Shown: positions 8,767 to 18,527 of the stretch, piece by piece
Position numbering within the stretch: position 1 is the first letter of the stretch
Layout: each line of letters opens with the position of its first letter
Notes under the pieces: generated by a model
The model's database searches: none
What the model was told of the DNA's origin: nothing
The model's input: the letters and a program-made list of their open reading frames with translations, nothing else
Program-made: the position numbers and the translations under genes
From: Gemmatimonadales bacterium
GTDB taxonomy: Bacteria; Gemmatimonadota; Gemmatimonadetes; Gemmatimonadales; GWC2-71-9
NCBI GenBank assembly: GCA_037189525.1
Contig: JBBCJC010000002.1
Location: 1,024,001-1,088,000, forward strand
Length of the DNA: 64,000 nt
Reading direction: 5' to 3'

Positions 8767-9640
8767 GCTGACCCCCGATCCCCGCAACCGGGTTCCGGCG
8801 ACGATCGACCGCGCCACGCTGGACAAGATCATCCAGCGGGCGGCCGAACTGCAAACCGGTGAGCGGGAGGTGGGTGACCACCTCACGCCCGACGAAGTGC
8901 TGGCACTCGGCAAGGATGTCGGCATCCCGACCAAGTACCTCCAGCAGGCCATGCTGGAGCATCAGACCACCGCGACCGTGGCGCCGGATCAGTCGCTGAC
9001 GGGCCGGCTGGTGGGGGCGGCCGATCTCCAGGCGCAGCGCGTGGTGCAGGGCGACGCGGACGACGTGCTCGAGGCGCTGCTCCGCTGGATGGAAAAGAAC
9101 GAACTGATGGTGGTGCAGCGGCAGCAGGCGGGATGGATCAGCTGGGAGCCGCTCCGCGGAATGCAGGCGGCCATCCGGCGCGGCGCGGCGTCGCTCGATA
9201 CCAGTAAGCCCAAGTTCATGCTCTCCCGCGCCGACGTCGTAGTGGCCACCGTGACGCAACTCGAGCGCGGCTACACTCATGTGACCCTCAATGCGCGGCT
9301 CCGCTCCGCCCGCCGCGACTACGTCGTCGGCGCCTCGGTGTCGACCGGCCTGGGTGTCGGCGGTACCGTCGTTCTCGCGGCACTGGGTGCCATGAGCCTG
9401 GTGGCGGCATTGCCGGTTGGCATCGGGCTCCTGATCAGCGGTGTCGTGATGCGCAGCTATCCGCCAATCGTCGAACGGGTCCAGCTCGGGCTCGAGCGGG
9501 CGCTCGACTTCCTGGAACGGGGCGGCGTCAAGCCGTCGCACGAGCTGCCCGCGCGCGCGCCCGGCATCATGGACCTGCTGGCCAACGAAGTACGGCGCGC
9601 CTTGACCTCGGGCGATCAACGGAAGGGCAAACGGTCATGA
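8756..9640 (+). CDS. Hypothetical membrane protein
   Basis: ATG 8756; IIQRAAELQ...EV..LGKDVGIP N-terminal motif and two TM helices; coupled to neighbours. Confidence 0.7.
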   Translation: MSDKLTPDPRNRVPATIDRATLDKIIQRAAELQTGEREVGDHLTPDEVLALGKDVGIPTKYLQQAMLEHQTTATVAPDQSLTGRLVGAADLQAQRVVQGDADDVLEALLRWMEKNELMVVQRQQAGWISWEPLRGMQAAIRRGAASLDTSKPKFMLSRADVVVATVTQLERGYTHVTLNARLRSARRDYVVGASVSTGLGVGGTVVLAALGAMSLVAALPVGIGLLISGVVMRSYPPIVERVQLGLERALDFLERGGVKPSHELPARAPGIMDLLANEVRRALTSGDQRKGKRS

Positions 9641-10530
9641 GCGAGATACGCATCGAGTCGGTCGGAGTGGTCGGTGGCGGTCTGATGGGCAGCGGGATTG
9701 CCCAGGTATCGGCCGTCGCGGGTATTCCTACCGTGATTCGGGACGTTGGTGAGGCGCAACTCAAAAAGTCGCGCGCCGCCATCGAGCAGTCGCTGGGCAA
9801 GCTGGTCGAGAAGGGCAAAGTCTCGACCGAGCAGCGCGACGGCGCCCTGGAGCGACTCCGCTTTACCACCGATCTCGATGTCGTGGCCGGCAACGATCTG
9901 GTGATCGAGGCCATCTTCGAAGATCTGGACGCCAAGAACGCGCTTTGGCGGGATCTCGACGGCCACGCGCCGGCTTCCTCGATCTTCGCCACGAATACCT
10001 CGAGCCTCACGGTTGCGGCTATGGCCGCGGTGACCAAGCGCCCGACCCAGTTCGTCGGCCTCCACTTCTTCAGTCCGGTGCCGCTGATGGCGCTGGTGGA
10101 AGTGGTCCGGACGGTGACGACATCGCCGGCGGTCTTCGATGCCGCGTTTGCCTGGGCCCGGCGGATCGGCAAGGAGCCGATTGCCGCGAAGGACAGCGCC
10201 GGCTTCGTGGTCAACCTGCTGCTGATCCCGTATATGCTCGATGCGGTCCGCGCGCTCGAACATGGGGTGGCCTCGGTCGAAGATCTCGACAAGGCGATGA
10301 AGCTGGGCTGCAATCACCCGATGGGGCCGCTCACCCTGGCCGACTTCACCGGGCTCGACGTCTGCTATAACGCGGCTGAGATTCTCTTCAAAGAGTTTCG
10401 CGAGACCCGCTATGCGCCGCCGCCGCTGCTCAAGCGCCTGGTGCTGCTGGGTCACCTCGGTCGCAAGACGGGGCGCGGCTTCTACGATTACTCCGTCAAC
10501 CCGCCGGTTCCGGCGAATCTCGGCATCTGA
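9637..10530 (+). CDS. hbd: 3-hydroxybutyryl-CoA / 3-hydroxyacyl-CoA dehydrogenase
   Basis: GGGLMGSGIAQ, EAIFE, ATNTSSL, GLHFF, GFVVN, HPMGPLTLAD, LGRKTGRGFY. Confidence 0.93.
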   Translation: MSEIRIESVGVVGGGLMGSGIAQVSAVAGIPTVIRDVGEAQLKKSRAAIEQSLGKLVEKGKVSTEQRDGALERLRFTTDLDVVAGNDLVIEAIFEDLDAKNALWRDLDGHAPASSIFATNTSSLTVAAMAAVTKRPTQFVGLHFFSPVPLMALVEVVRTVTTSPAVFDAAFAWARRIGKEPIAAKDSAGFVVNLLLIPYMLDAVRALEHGVASVEDLDKAMKLGCNHPMGPLTLADFTGLDVCYNAAEILFKEFRETRYAPPPLLKRLVLLGHLGRKTGRGFYDYSVNPPVPANLGI

Positions 10531-11249
10531 TGCGGATCAGGCTGGCAGCAGCGCTCGCGGTGGCGGCCGGCGTGGCCGTCGGTTGCCGCGCAACGACGGG
10601 GCGGCCGCATTTCGACCCGTTCCCAGAGTCGGAGCATGTCGAGATCGGGTTTGGCCTGATCGATCGCACCGCGACCGTGATGCAGATTACCGATACCGTG
10701 CTGGCCTATCTGGAGGCGGACAGCATTCCGTTTGCCAAGGTGCGCCGGTACGACGGCTATCTGGAAACCGACTGGCTCGACGCGGAAACCCTTCGGCCGG
10801 CGGACCGGCGCCCACTGGGCAGCAACACGGTGCGGGTCCGGGTCTGGATCAACCCGACCATGCCCGGGTACGGCCAGATCGAGGCGGAAACCAGCTACAA
10901 CGTGATGGCCGATCCCTCGCGACCGTCCCGTGAACTGGAAGCCCCGGTCGAACTCGGTCACCCGGTCAACCGGCGCATCGGCGACGTGCTCAAGCGGCTT
11001 GGTACGCTCTACGGCGCCCCGACCGACTCGGTGGCAACGCCTCCGGCCGAGCCGCCGCCCGGAACGCCGCCCGCGCGTCCCGATACCGCCGCGCGCGACA
11101 CCACCGCTCGGCCGGCGCCGCCGGTGCCGGATTCGGTGCGGACCGACACCACTCGTCGTCCGGCTCCGGATTCGGCGCGGACCGATACCACCCGTCGTCC
11201 AGCTCCGGTACCGCCGCCGGCTCCGCTGCCGTTTTCTCCCCGCCCCTGA
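10530..11249 (+). CDS. Putative lipoprotein with Pro-rich repetitive tail
   Basis: Lipobox-like VAVG-C; C-terminal PDS(V/A)RTDTTRRPA repeats. Confidence 0.7.
   Translation: MRIRLAAALAVAAGVAVGCRATTGRPHFDPFPESEHVEIGFGLIDRTATVMQITDTVLAYLEADSIPFAKVRRYDGYLETDWLDAETLRPADRRPLGSNTVRVRVWINPTMPGYGQIEAETSYNVMADPSRPSRELEAPVELGHPVNRRIGDVLKRLGTLYGAPTDSVATPPAEPPPGTPPARPDTAARDTTARPAPPVPDSVRTDTTRRPAPDSARTDTTRRPAPVPPPAPLPFSPRP
11127..11208 (+). repeat. 39-bp tandem repeat (2 copies)
   Basis: CCGGATTCGG(T/C)GCGGACCGA(C/T)ACCAC(T/C)CGTCGTCC(G/A)GCT occurs twice. Confidence 0.8.
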
Positions 11250-11263
11250 CGCGCCGCGACACC

Positions 11264-12910
11264 ATGGATACTCCCACGTTCACCGGCATCTGGCGAACCG
11301 ATGACCGCGCTCGGGCCGCCTACTCGGAAGGGGCCGGGATCTACCGCGTCATTCCCCGCGCCGTGGCGGTTCCGTCGACCACCAAAGCTCTGGTCGATCT
11401 GGTGCGCTGGGCTCACGAGCACGGCGTGCCGCTGGTGCCGCGCGGCGCGGGCAGTGGGATGGCGGGCGGCAACGTCGGTTCGGGGGTCGCACTCGACCTG
11501 ACCGCGCTCGATGGAGCGCCCATCGTGGTCGATCCGATCCGCTGCCTGGCTACTACGGGCGCGGCCGCGCGTCTGGGCGACCTCCGCGAGGCTGCGGCCC
11601 GCCATGATCTGCGGATGCCGGTCGATCCTTCCAGCGAGCGCTGGGTCACGGCCGGCGGCGCCATCGGCACCAACGCGGCCGGCAGCCGGACCGTCAAGTA
11701 CGGTTCGGTCCGCCGCTGGGTCCAGGGCCTCACGCTCGTCAGCGCCGATGGTGAAGTGGTCGTGCTCGAGCGCGGCAAGCCGTCGCCCAGGTGCGCGCTG
11801 GTCGAGCGGATCGAGGCGATCCTGGCCGACACACTCCGCCTGGCGCGCTGGCGGGTCGCGTCGAGCTTCCCCAAGGTGCGCAAGAACACGGCGGGGTACG
11901 GACTCGACGCCTTTCTCGAATCGGGCGACCTGATCGATCTGGTGATCGGCGCCGAAGGCACCCTGGGCATCGTGACGGAGGTGGTCTGGCGATTGGAGCC
12001 GATTCCTCCGCATCGGGTCGGCCTGCGCGCGGCGCTCCGCGATCCCAAGCGGATTTCGCACACCATTCCGGCGCTCCTGGAACTGGCGCCCAGCCGGCTC
12101 GAGTTTCTCGACGGCACCTTCATCCGCTTCGTCGACGACGCCATTCGCGCGGTACCCCGGGGCGACCGGCTGGCCGGCGCCGCGGCGATCTTCATGGTCG
12201 AGTTCGAAGGCAGCGACGCCGCGGCGCTCTCGGGCGATCTGGAGCGGGCGGTGGGTATCCTCCGGCCCGAGAGCCTCGAGGTCGCGGTCGGGGAAGATGA
12301 TACGGAAGTCGAGGCGCTCTGGGCGATTCGGCACGCGGCCAGTCCCAAGCTGGCGTCGCTCGGTGAGCAGTTCCGGACCATGCAGGTCATCGAAGACGGC
12401 TGTGTTCCGGTGACTCGGCTGGGCGAGTATCTCGAGGCCGTTGCGGCCATTGCGATCCGGCGTGAGGTGCCGGTGGTGCTCTTCGGCCACGCCGGTGACG
12501 GCAACGTGCACGCCAATCTGCTGCCCGATGTGACCACCGAGGGCTGGGAAGCGCGGGTCCGCGCCGTGTACGACGACGTGATGCAACTCGTCGTGGCACT
12601 GGGCGGAAGCCCGAGCGGCGAACACGGCGATGGCCGGTTGCGCGCGGGGCTGACCGAGCGGGTCTACGGCTTCGAAGTGAGCCAGATCTTCCGGCAGATC
12701 AAACGCGCCTTCGATCCGGTGGGCATCCTCAATCCCGGGATCAAGCTGGTCGACGGGATCGATCCGCTGCAGTCGCTCAAGGTGGGCAAGGCCGCCGCGC
12801 CCATTCCCGGCGACGTCGAGGCCGGGTTGCGGCGTCTCGAACGGCAGGCGGGATATTCCTGCTCCCGCCTGGCGCTGGCCGATGATCCGCTGGGCGTGCC
12901 GTTGACCTGA
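11264..12910 (+). CDS. FAD-linked oxidoreductase (GlcD / D-lactate dehydrogenase family)
   Basis: PRGAGSGMAG, GAEGTLGIVTE, GHAGDGNVH, SGEHGDG, FDP.GILNPG. Confidence 0.9.
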   Translation: MDTPTFTGIWRTDDRARAAYSEGAGIYRVIPRAVAVPSTTKALVDLVRWAHEHGVPLVPRGAGSGMAGGNVGSGVALDLTALDGAPIVVDPIRCLATTGAAARLGDLREAAARHDLRMPVDPSSERWVTAGGAIGTNAAGSRTVKYGSVRRWVQGLTLVSADGEVVVLERGKPSPRCALVERIEAILADTLRLARWRVASSFPKVRKNTAGYGLDAFLESGDLIDLVIGAEGTLGIVTEVVWRLEPIPPHRVGLRAALRDPKRISHTIPALLELAPSRLEFLDGTFIRFVDDAIRAVPRGDRLAGAAAIFMVEFEGSDAAALSGDLERAVGILRPESLEVAVGEDDTEVEALWAIRHAASPKLASLGEQFRTMQVIEDGCVPVTRLGEYLEAVAAIAIRREVPVVLFGHAGDGNVHANLLPDVTTEGWEARVRAVYDDVMQLVVALGGSPSGEHGDGRLRAGLTERVYGFEVSQIFRQIKRAFDPVGILNPGIKLVDGIDPLQSLKVGKAAAPIPGDVEAGLRRLERQAGYSCSRLALADDPLGVPLT

Positions 12911-12929
12911 CCCGGGTTAGGTTCGCGAC

Positions 12930-13262
12930 CTAGCGGAATTCGCCCTCGAGCAGCGGTTCGATCCGCTGCAGCAACGATCTCAAACGTTCGACTTCGGCTG
13001 CCACGACGCGTCGTCCCGATGCCGTAAGCCGGTAGTACCGTCTGGGCGGTCCTTCCGCGCTTTCCTCGATCATCGCATCCACGATCAATCCGCGTTCGAC
13101 CAGCGCCTTGAGCACGCGATAGAGCGTGCCGGGGCCCAGCACGCGATTGCCCATGCCGGTCGTTCGCAACTCGGTCATGATGCCGTAGCCGTGTTTCGGG
13201 CCGGCAGCGAGCGTGGCCATGATCTCGAACTCGCGAGCGCCCAGTCCTCGATGCTCAGTCAT
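12930..13262 (-). CDS. PadR family transcriptional regulator
   Basis: GPKHGYGIM, GPGTLYRVL, RRYYRLTASG; ATG 13262 overlaps the end of the permease. Confidence 0.9.
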   Translation of the reverse strand: MTEHRGLGAREFEIMATLAAGPKHGYGIMTELRTTGMGNRVLGPGTLYRVLKALVERGLIVDAMIEESAEGPPRRYYRLTASGRRVVAAEVERLRSLLQRIEPLLEGEFR

Positions 13263-15914
13263 TGCGCAGCACCTCCATCGGGTCGGTGGAAGCCGCTCGG
13301 CGCGCAGGAATGTCACAGGCCAGCGCGGCGGCGCCCACCATCACCAGCACGCTTACGCCGAGACTGATCGGGTCGACCGCCCCGACGCCGAAGAGCAGGC
13401 TTCGGATCGCCAGGGCCAGTGCCATGGCTCCCGCCGTACCGAGCCCGATTCCCGCCAGCGTGAGACGTAAACCGTTGCCAAGGATCTCGCGCCTGACCTG
13501 AGCGGCCGGCGCACCGAGCGCCATCCGAATCCCGATCTCGTGGCGTCGCCTGACGACCAGGTAGCTGAGCAGCCCGTAGAGCCCGACCGTCGCGAGCAGC
13601 AGGCCGACCAGACCGAACGAGGACGCCAGCGCCGTGGCGATTCGGTTGGGGAGGAGGTTGATCCCGATGACCTCCTGCAAGGGTGCCTCCATCGTGACGC
13701 CGAGGTCCGGTGCGATCGAGCGGGCCGTGGCCCGCATCGCGCTCCCGATGCCGGCGTCGTGCGGCGCGTGACGGACCAGGAACGAGAGCGACCCGGTCTG
13801 ATTCTGGACGGCGGCGAGGTAGATCATCGGCGTCGGTTGCTCACCGAGCGAACGGTACTTCCCGGTTGGTGTGAGCCCCACGACGACGGCTGGTCGTCCC
13901 GACGTGGCAGTGCCCCAGCGGAGCGCCCGTCCGATCGGATCCTGACCCGGCCAGATCCGCGAAGCCAGCGCCTCGTTCATCACGATCGATAGCGGCCCGC
14001 CTGGTTGGTTGCTCGCGTCGAATCCGCGCCCGCGTACGATCGGGATCCCGGCGACGCCGAAGTAACCGGGCGTCACCGTGGCATGATCGGTCCAGAACAG
14101 GCCCACGCCGGGCTCGGGTTCCCGGCCGTCGATGCTCACGGCGCTTCCCTGGTTGCCCAGGGAGAGCGGTACCTGATCGATGGCGCCCGTCGCGATCGTT
14201 CCGGGGCGTGCGCTCAACTCCCGCTCGAAGCGGTCGGCAAAGGCGAGGATCTGGTCGTGCGAGTAGTGCAGCAGCCGGAAGTCCGATGCCAGGACGTGGA
14301 CGTTCTCCGGGTCGAAGCCGAGGTCGACCTCCGCCGCGCGATCGAGGGCCCGGATGAAGAGCCCGGATGTCACGATCAGCAGGGTCGAGCCCGCCACCTG
14401 GGCAGCGACCAGCAGCGAACGGAACCGCAGGCGGCCGGCTCCCGAGGGGGCGCCGTCATGGAGCGCACCAACCGCGCCGACCCTGGTGCTCTGCAGCGCC
14501 GGGAGTAGTCCGAACAAGAGCCCGGTCGACAGCACCACGACCAGGCTGGCGAGGAGGACCCGCCAATCGGGGGCGAAGTCGAGCTGGAGTGGAACCGGAA
14601 ACGGAAGCGAGAGATGGGCCAGACTCGACACGGCACCCCACGACAGGGCGACGCCGAGTGCCCCACCGACGTGAACACGATGAGGGTCTCGATCAGGAGC
14701 TGGCGGATCAGGCGCGATCGGCTTGCCCCGATTGCCAGGCGGATGGCGGTATCCCGGCTGCGGGCCATCGCGCGGGCCACCATCACGCCCGCGATGTTGC
14801 TGCTGGAAATCAGTAGCACCGTGCCGCCCAGTACCAGAAGCAGGCCGAGGAACCCGAGCACCGGGAGGAGCATCGGGGCCGGCATCGACGAGTATCCTCG
14901 GACGTCGACCCGCCGGTCCCAATCGAGTCCGGCGGCGCGGCCCAGAAGGACCAAGGTGGTCGAGATCCGCTCAGCTACCTGCGCAGGAGCGAGGCCCGGA
15001 GCGCGCCCGATGATTTCAAGCCAGGTCTGCCGCCGGTTGGTCAGTTTGGCGTGCGCATCAGGGCCAAGGCTGGCGGCGAGCGGGACCCAGAGCGCTCCCG
15101 CGATGCCCCCGATGTGCCCTCCGAAGCCGGGCTCCGCGACGCCAACGATGGTAAACGGCTCGCCGTTCAGCGTGACCGAGCGGCCGATCACGCTGGAGTC
15201 GGCTCCGAAGCGATCGCGCCAGGTGGCGTGGCTCAGCACCGTTACGCGTTGCGCGCTCGTGGCGCTCTCCTCGTCGGTGGGAGCCAGCAGCCTGCCCAGA
15301 GCTGGATTGGTGCGCAGAATCGAAAAGTAGCCGCCGCTCACGGCAAAGCCGAACAGCACCTCGGCGTCCCGGCCGAGTGTCGCGCTTGTCATGAAGACGT
15401 GGTAGGAGGCCAGGTCGACCTGGCCTTGCCAGGCGTCGCGGAGATCGCGGAAGTCGGGGGCCGAGAAAGTGTGGAAGCTGGACCCGTTCTGTCCCAGGGC
15501 GTGGACCGTCACCAATTCGTCCGGGGCGCGAATCCCGGCCGGTGTGCGCAGCAACAGACCGTTGGCGATGCTCAAGACGCTGCTGGTGGCGCCGACTCCC
15601 AGGCCGATGATGACGGTTGCCACGGCCAGCAGGGCAGGGGTGCGCCGGAGCGAGCGCCAGGCGTAGCGAGCGTCCTGGCGGATTCCGTCGAACGGCGTCC
15701 GCCGGGTAAGCGGGATGCCGACCCAGGTCCGAAGCAGCGTGATCAGGTGATCGGCCGTGAGGCGGATCGCGACACCGATGCGCCTTGCCCGATTTTGGTT
15801 CGAGATCGCATCCCACTCGGCGTCGGCCATGGTTGCAAGTTCGGTGGCGAGATCGCGATCGAACCAGGGTGGGTAGAGCCGGAAGACCGCGCTGTACCAG
15901 GTAGGGGCAGGCAG
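13255..15914 (-). pseudogene. Duplicated (ADOP/MacB-like) ABC permease, frameshifted near 14670
   Basis: N-half (QDARYAWRSLRR.P, N.A...AR...R..AIRLAIGASR.RLIRQLL.E) and C-half (QVAGS.LL, RR.EIGIRMALGA, PARRA..DPMEVLR) are in different frames; about 886 aa if joined. Confidence 0.82.
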
Positions 15915-15927
15915 AAAATCCTCGATG

Positions 15928-15948
15928 GTATATCCGAAACGGATATAC
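15928..15948. promoter_or_regulatory. Perfect palindrome, probable PadR operator
   Basis: GTATATCCG-AAA-CGGATATAC immediately upstream of the permease-padR operon. Confidence 0.65.
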
Positions 15949-16106
15949 GTACCGACCCCTCACAATGGTTTCAATTCGGGACGCCGCTCGCGGGATTCCG
16001 TGATTCTCATGGGCGGGTTGCCCTACATGAGGTTGACTTTATTGGAGTCAATCGGGGATTGCATGAAATCGGAACTGAAATTATCGTAAATACATTCTCG
16101 CAAGAG

Positions 16107-16125
16107 AATGAAAGTCATTTTCATT
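16107..16125. promoter_or_regulatory. Fur-like box
   Basis: AATGAAAGTCATTTTCATT (7-5-7 inverted repeat) upstream of two iron-type TonB receptors; 16/19 identical to the box at 60885. Confidence 0.75.
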
Positions 16126-16210
16126 TACTCAAACGGATTGACATCGAACGGTCTCTGGTACCGCTGCGGCGGACCGCGCCGGTCGATTTCTGCAGGAGAA
16201 CAGTCACGCA

Positions 16211-18445
16211 ATGATCAACTGTCAGAGCATGCGCACAGCGGTAGCCGTTTTGGGGTTCAGTTTGACCCTGTCGGCTCCCGGCTTGGCGCAGAGCGAGTCC
16301 GATAAAAAGCGACCGGCCCGGGATACGACCAGAGCCGCCGGGTTACAGGACGTGGTCGTGATCGGAACCCGGGAGCAGGCTCGTCTGTCGACCGGGTCGG
16401 CCTATGTCGTCCGTGCCGAGGAACTCCGGCAGTTCGAGTTCACCAACGTGCACAGCATCCTGCGCAGCGTGCCCGGTGTATACGTCCGTGAGGAGGACGG
16501 GCTCGGCACCTTCCCGCGCATCGGGATTCGCGCTTCGTCGTCGGGGCGCAGCGACCGGATCTCGATTCTGGAAGACGGTATTCCCGCCGCGATGGCGCCC
16601 TACGCCAACACGTCGGCGTACTACTTCCCGGCGGTCGGCCGGATGAGCAGTGTCGAGGTGCTCAAGGGGCCGGAAATCCTGCGCTACGGTCCGCAGACGA
16701 CCTCGGGCGCCATCAACCTGCTGTCGACACCGATCCCCGAAACGCCAAGCGGGTTCATCAGCGCCGAACTCGGCGCCTGGGACACCCGAAAGGTTCACAC
16801 CTGGGTCGGCGGTACGTTCGGGCAGTTCGGCATCCTGGCCGAGGCCTACCCGCATCGCACCGATGGCTTCCAGCGGATCGATCGGTCCACCCGGACCGCC
16901 GGCAACGACATCGCGGACTATCTGCTCAAGCTCCGCTGGAAGAGCGATGCCAGTGCGTCGGTCCAGCAGCAGCTCGATCTCAAGCTGCTCCATGGCGAGG
17001 AGTACGCCGACGTCTCCTATCTCGGCCTGACCGATGCCGATTTCCGCCGTGATCCGGATCGTCGCTATGGGCTGAGTGAGCTCGAGCGCATGAATCGGGG
17101 CCGGCAGTCCGCGAGCCTCCAGTATCGGATTGGCTTCGCACCTGGCATCACGCTGGTGACGACCGGCTACTACACCGATACCCATCGGGACTACACCCGG
17201 CTCAATCAGATCAACGGGATCGGAATCGGCGGGTCGGGCATCACGTCGCAGATCAACAACGGCGCCGCCAACGCCGCGCTCCTGCAGGGCATCCTCGACG
17301 GCACTGCCAATACTACGCATGCCAACGGTGTCCGCTTCGGAAACAACTTCCAGAACTTCATCGCCAAGGGTATCCAGCTCGAGGCCCGGACTGCGTTTGC
17401 CACGGGCAGCGCCACGCACGAGCTGGCCGGCGGTGTGCGGCGCCACGAAGATCTGAGCCGGAACACGGCGACCCAGACCAATGTGGTCTATGACCAGGTC
17501 AACGGCAGTCTCGTGTACCGCGCGGCGACCGCCGCCACGCCTAACGAAGGCTATGCCAAGGCGACCTCGTTCTGGCTCGCCGATCGCATTCGTATCGGAG
17601 ATCTCGCGCTACTGCCCTTGCTGCGCCACGAGCGGATCAGCAGCCGCGCAGACGTGGCGGTTCCGACGAGCGCCAGCAACACGCTCGAGAAAACCACGCT
17701 TGGACTCGGCGTCAACTACGAAGTCGGTCAGCAGTGGACGGTGTTGGCGGGAATCCATCAGGGCTTTGCTCCTCCGGGATCGGGCGCGGTCGACGGAAGC
17801 CGCGGCGAAGAAAGCACCAACCTCGAAGGCGGCATCCGCTTCCGGAGCGCCAGGTTCGGTCTCGATGCCGTCGGATTCTACACCGGCTACGACAACGCGC
17901 TGCGCAACTGCCTCGTCGCCAACCCGTGCGCAGATGGCGCGATCGACGGGGTGCAGCAGGACGGCGCCAAGGAAGTGTACGGCGTCGAGGTCGGTCTCTC
18001 GGGCAATCTGGTCGACCGGAACGGTCTCCGGCTTCCGGTTCGGCTGGCCTACACCTACACCGACGGCAAGTACACCCGTGGCGCCGATGTGGCCTCCGGA
18101 GTGCGCGAGGGCGATGTGCTCGACTACACCCCCAAACACATCGGTCGCCTGGTCGTGGGGGTCGAGCACGATGCCGGGTTCGATTTCAACGTGGGCTTCA
18201 ACTACTCGGACGGTGCCTGCACCACGACGACCTGCGAGCGGCCTGGAGTGGATAACCGGTTTCTCACGACCGAGTCGCTGTTCACGCTGGATCTGTCGGC
18301 GTCCTATGCTCTGACCTCGTCCATCGATCTCTACGCGCGTGGCGAAAACCTGTTCGATGAGCGCCGCATTTCCCATCGGGGATCCGATGGCGCGCGTGGA
18401 AATCCCGGTCGCTATGTCGGCACCGGGCTGCGGGTGCATTTCTGA
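16211..18445 (+). CDS. TonB-dependent receptor, FecA-like
   Basis: Signal peptide, DVVVIGT TonB box, VPGVYVREEDG.G..P.IGIR, EVLKGP..LRYGPQT.SGAIN, C-terminal Phe. Confidence 0.92.
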   Translation: MINCQSMRTAVAVLGFSLTLSAPGLAQSESDKKRPARDTTRAAGLQDVVVIGTREQARLSTGSAYVVRAEELRQFEFTNVHSILRSVPGVYVREEDGLGTFPRIGIRASSSGRSDRISILEDGIPAAMAPYANTSAYYFPAVGRMSSVEVLKGPEILRYGPQTTSGAINLLSTPIPETPSGFISAELGAWDTRKVHTWVGGTFGQFGILAEAYPHRTDGFQRIDRSTRTAGNDIADYLLKLRWKSDASASVQQQLDLKLLHGEEYADVSYLGLTDADFRRDPDRRYGLSELERMNRGRQSASLQYRIGFAPGITLVTTGYYTDTHRDYTRLNQINGIGIGGSGITSQINNGAANAALLQGILDGTANTTHANGVRFGNNFQNFIAKGIQLEARTAFATGSATHELAGGVRRHEDLSRNTATQTNVVYDQVNGSLVYRAATAATPNEGYAKATSFWLADRIRIGDLALLPLLRHERISSRADVAVPTSASNTLEKTTLGLGVNYEVGQQWTVLAGIHQGFAPPGSGAVDGSRGEESTNLEGGIRFRSARFGLDAVGFYTGYDNALRNCLVANPCADGAIDGVQQDGAKEVYGVEVGLSGNLVDRNGLRLPVRLAYTYTDGKYTRGADVASGVREGDVLDYTPKHIGRLVVGVEHDAGFDFNVGFNYSDGACTTTTCERPGVDNRFLTTESLFTLDLSASYALTSSIDLYARGENLFDERRISHRGSDGARGNPGRYVGTGLRVHF

Positions 18446-18458
18446 TTTGCTGCACAAC

Positions 18459-18490
18459 CTTCCCTCACGGCCTGTTCGGCGTGAGGGAAG
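18459..18490. other. Intergenic stem-loop between the two receptors
   Basis: CTTCCCTCACG-N10-CGTGAGGGAAG with no U-tract; possible mRNA stabiliser or weak terminator. Confidence 0.5.
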
Positions 18491-18527
18491 CAACTATCAC
18501 TACTGAACTCTCCGCCGGAGAACCACG

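Noticed and set aside
8367..11208. 39-bp period repeats as a CRISPR array
   Set aside because: Only two copies each, in frame inside coding linkers, no spacer series and no cas genes.
11009..12625. Long antisense or alternate-frame ORFs (e.g. 11009-12625, 18465-19874, 37848-39476, 48104-49810, 49884-51932, 61228-62769)
   Set aside because: They shadow well-supported genes, carry no family motifs, and are expected in high-GC DNA.
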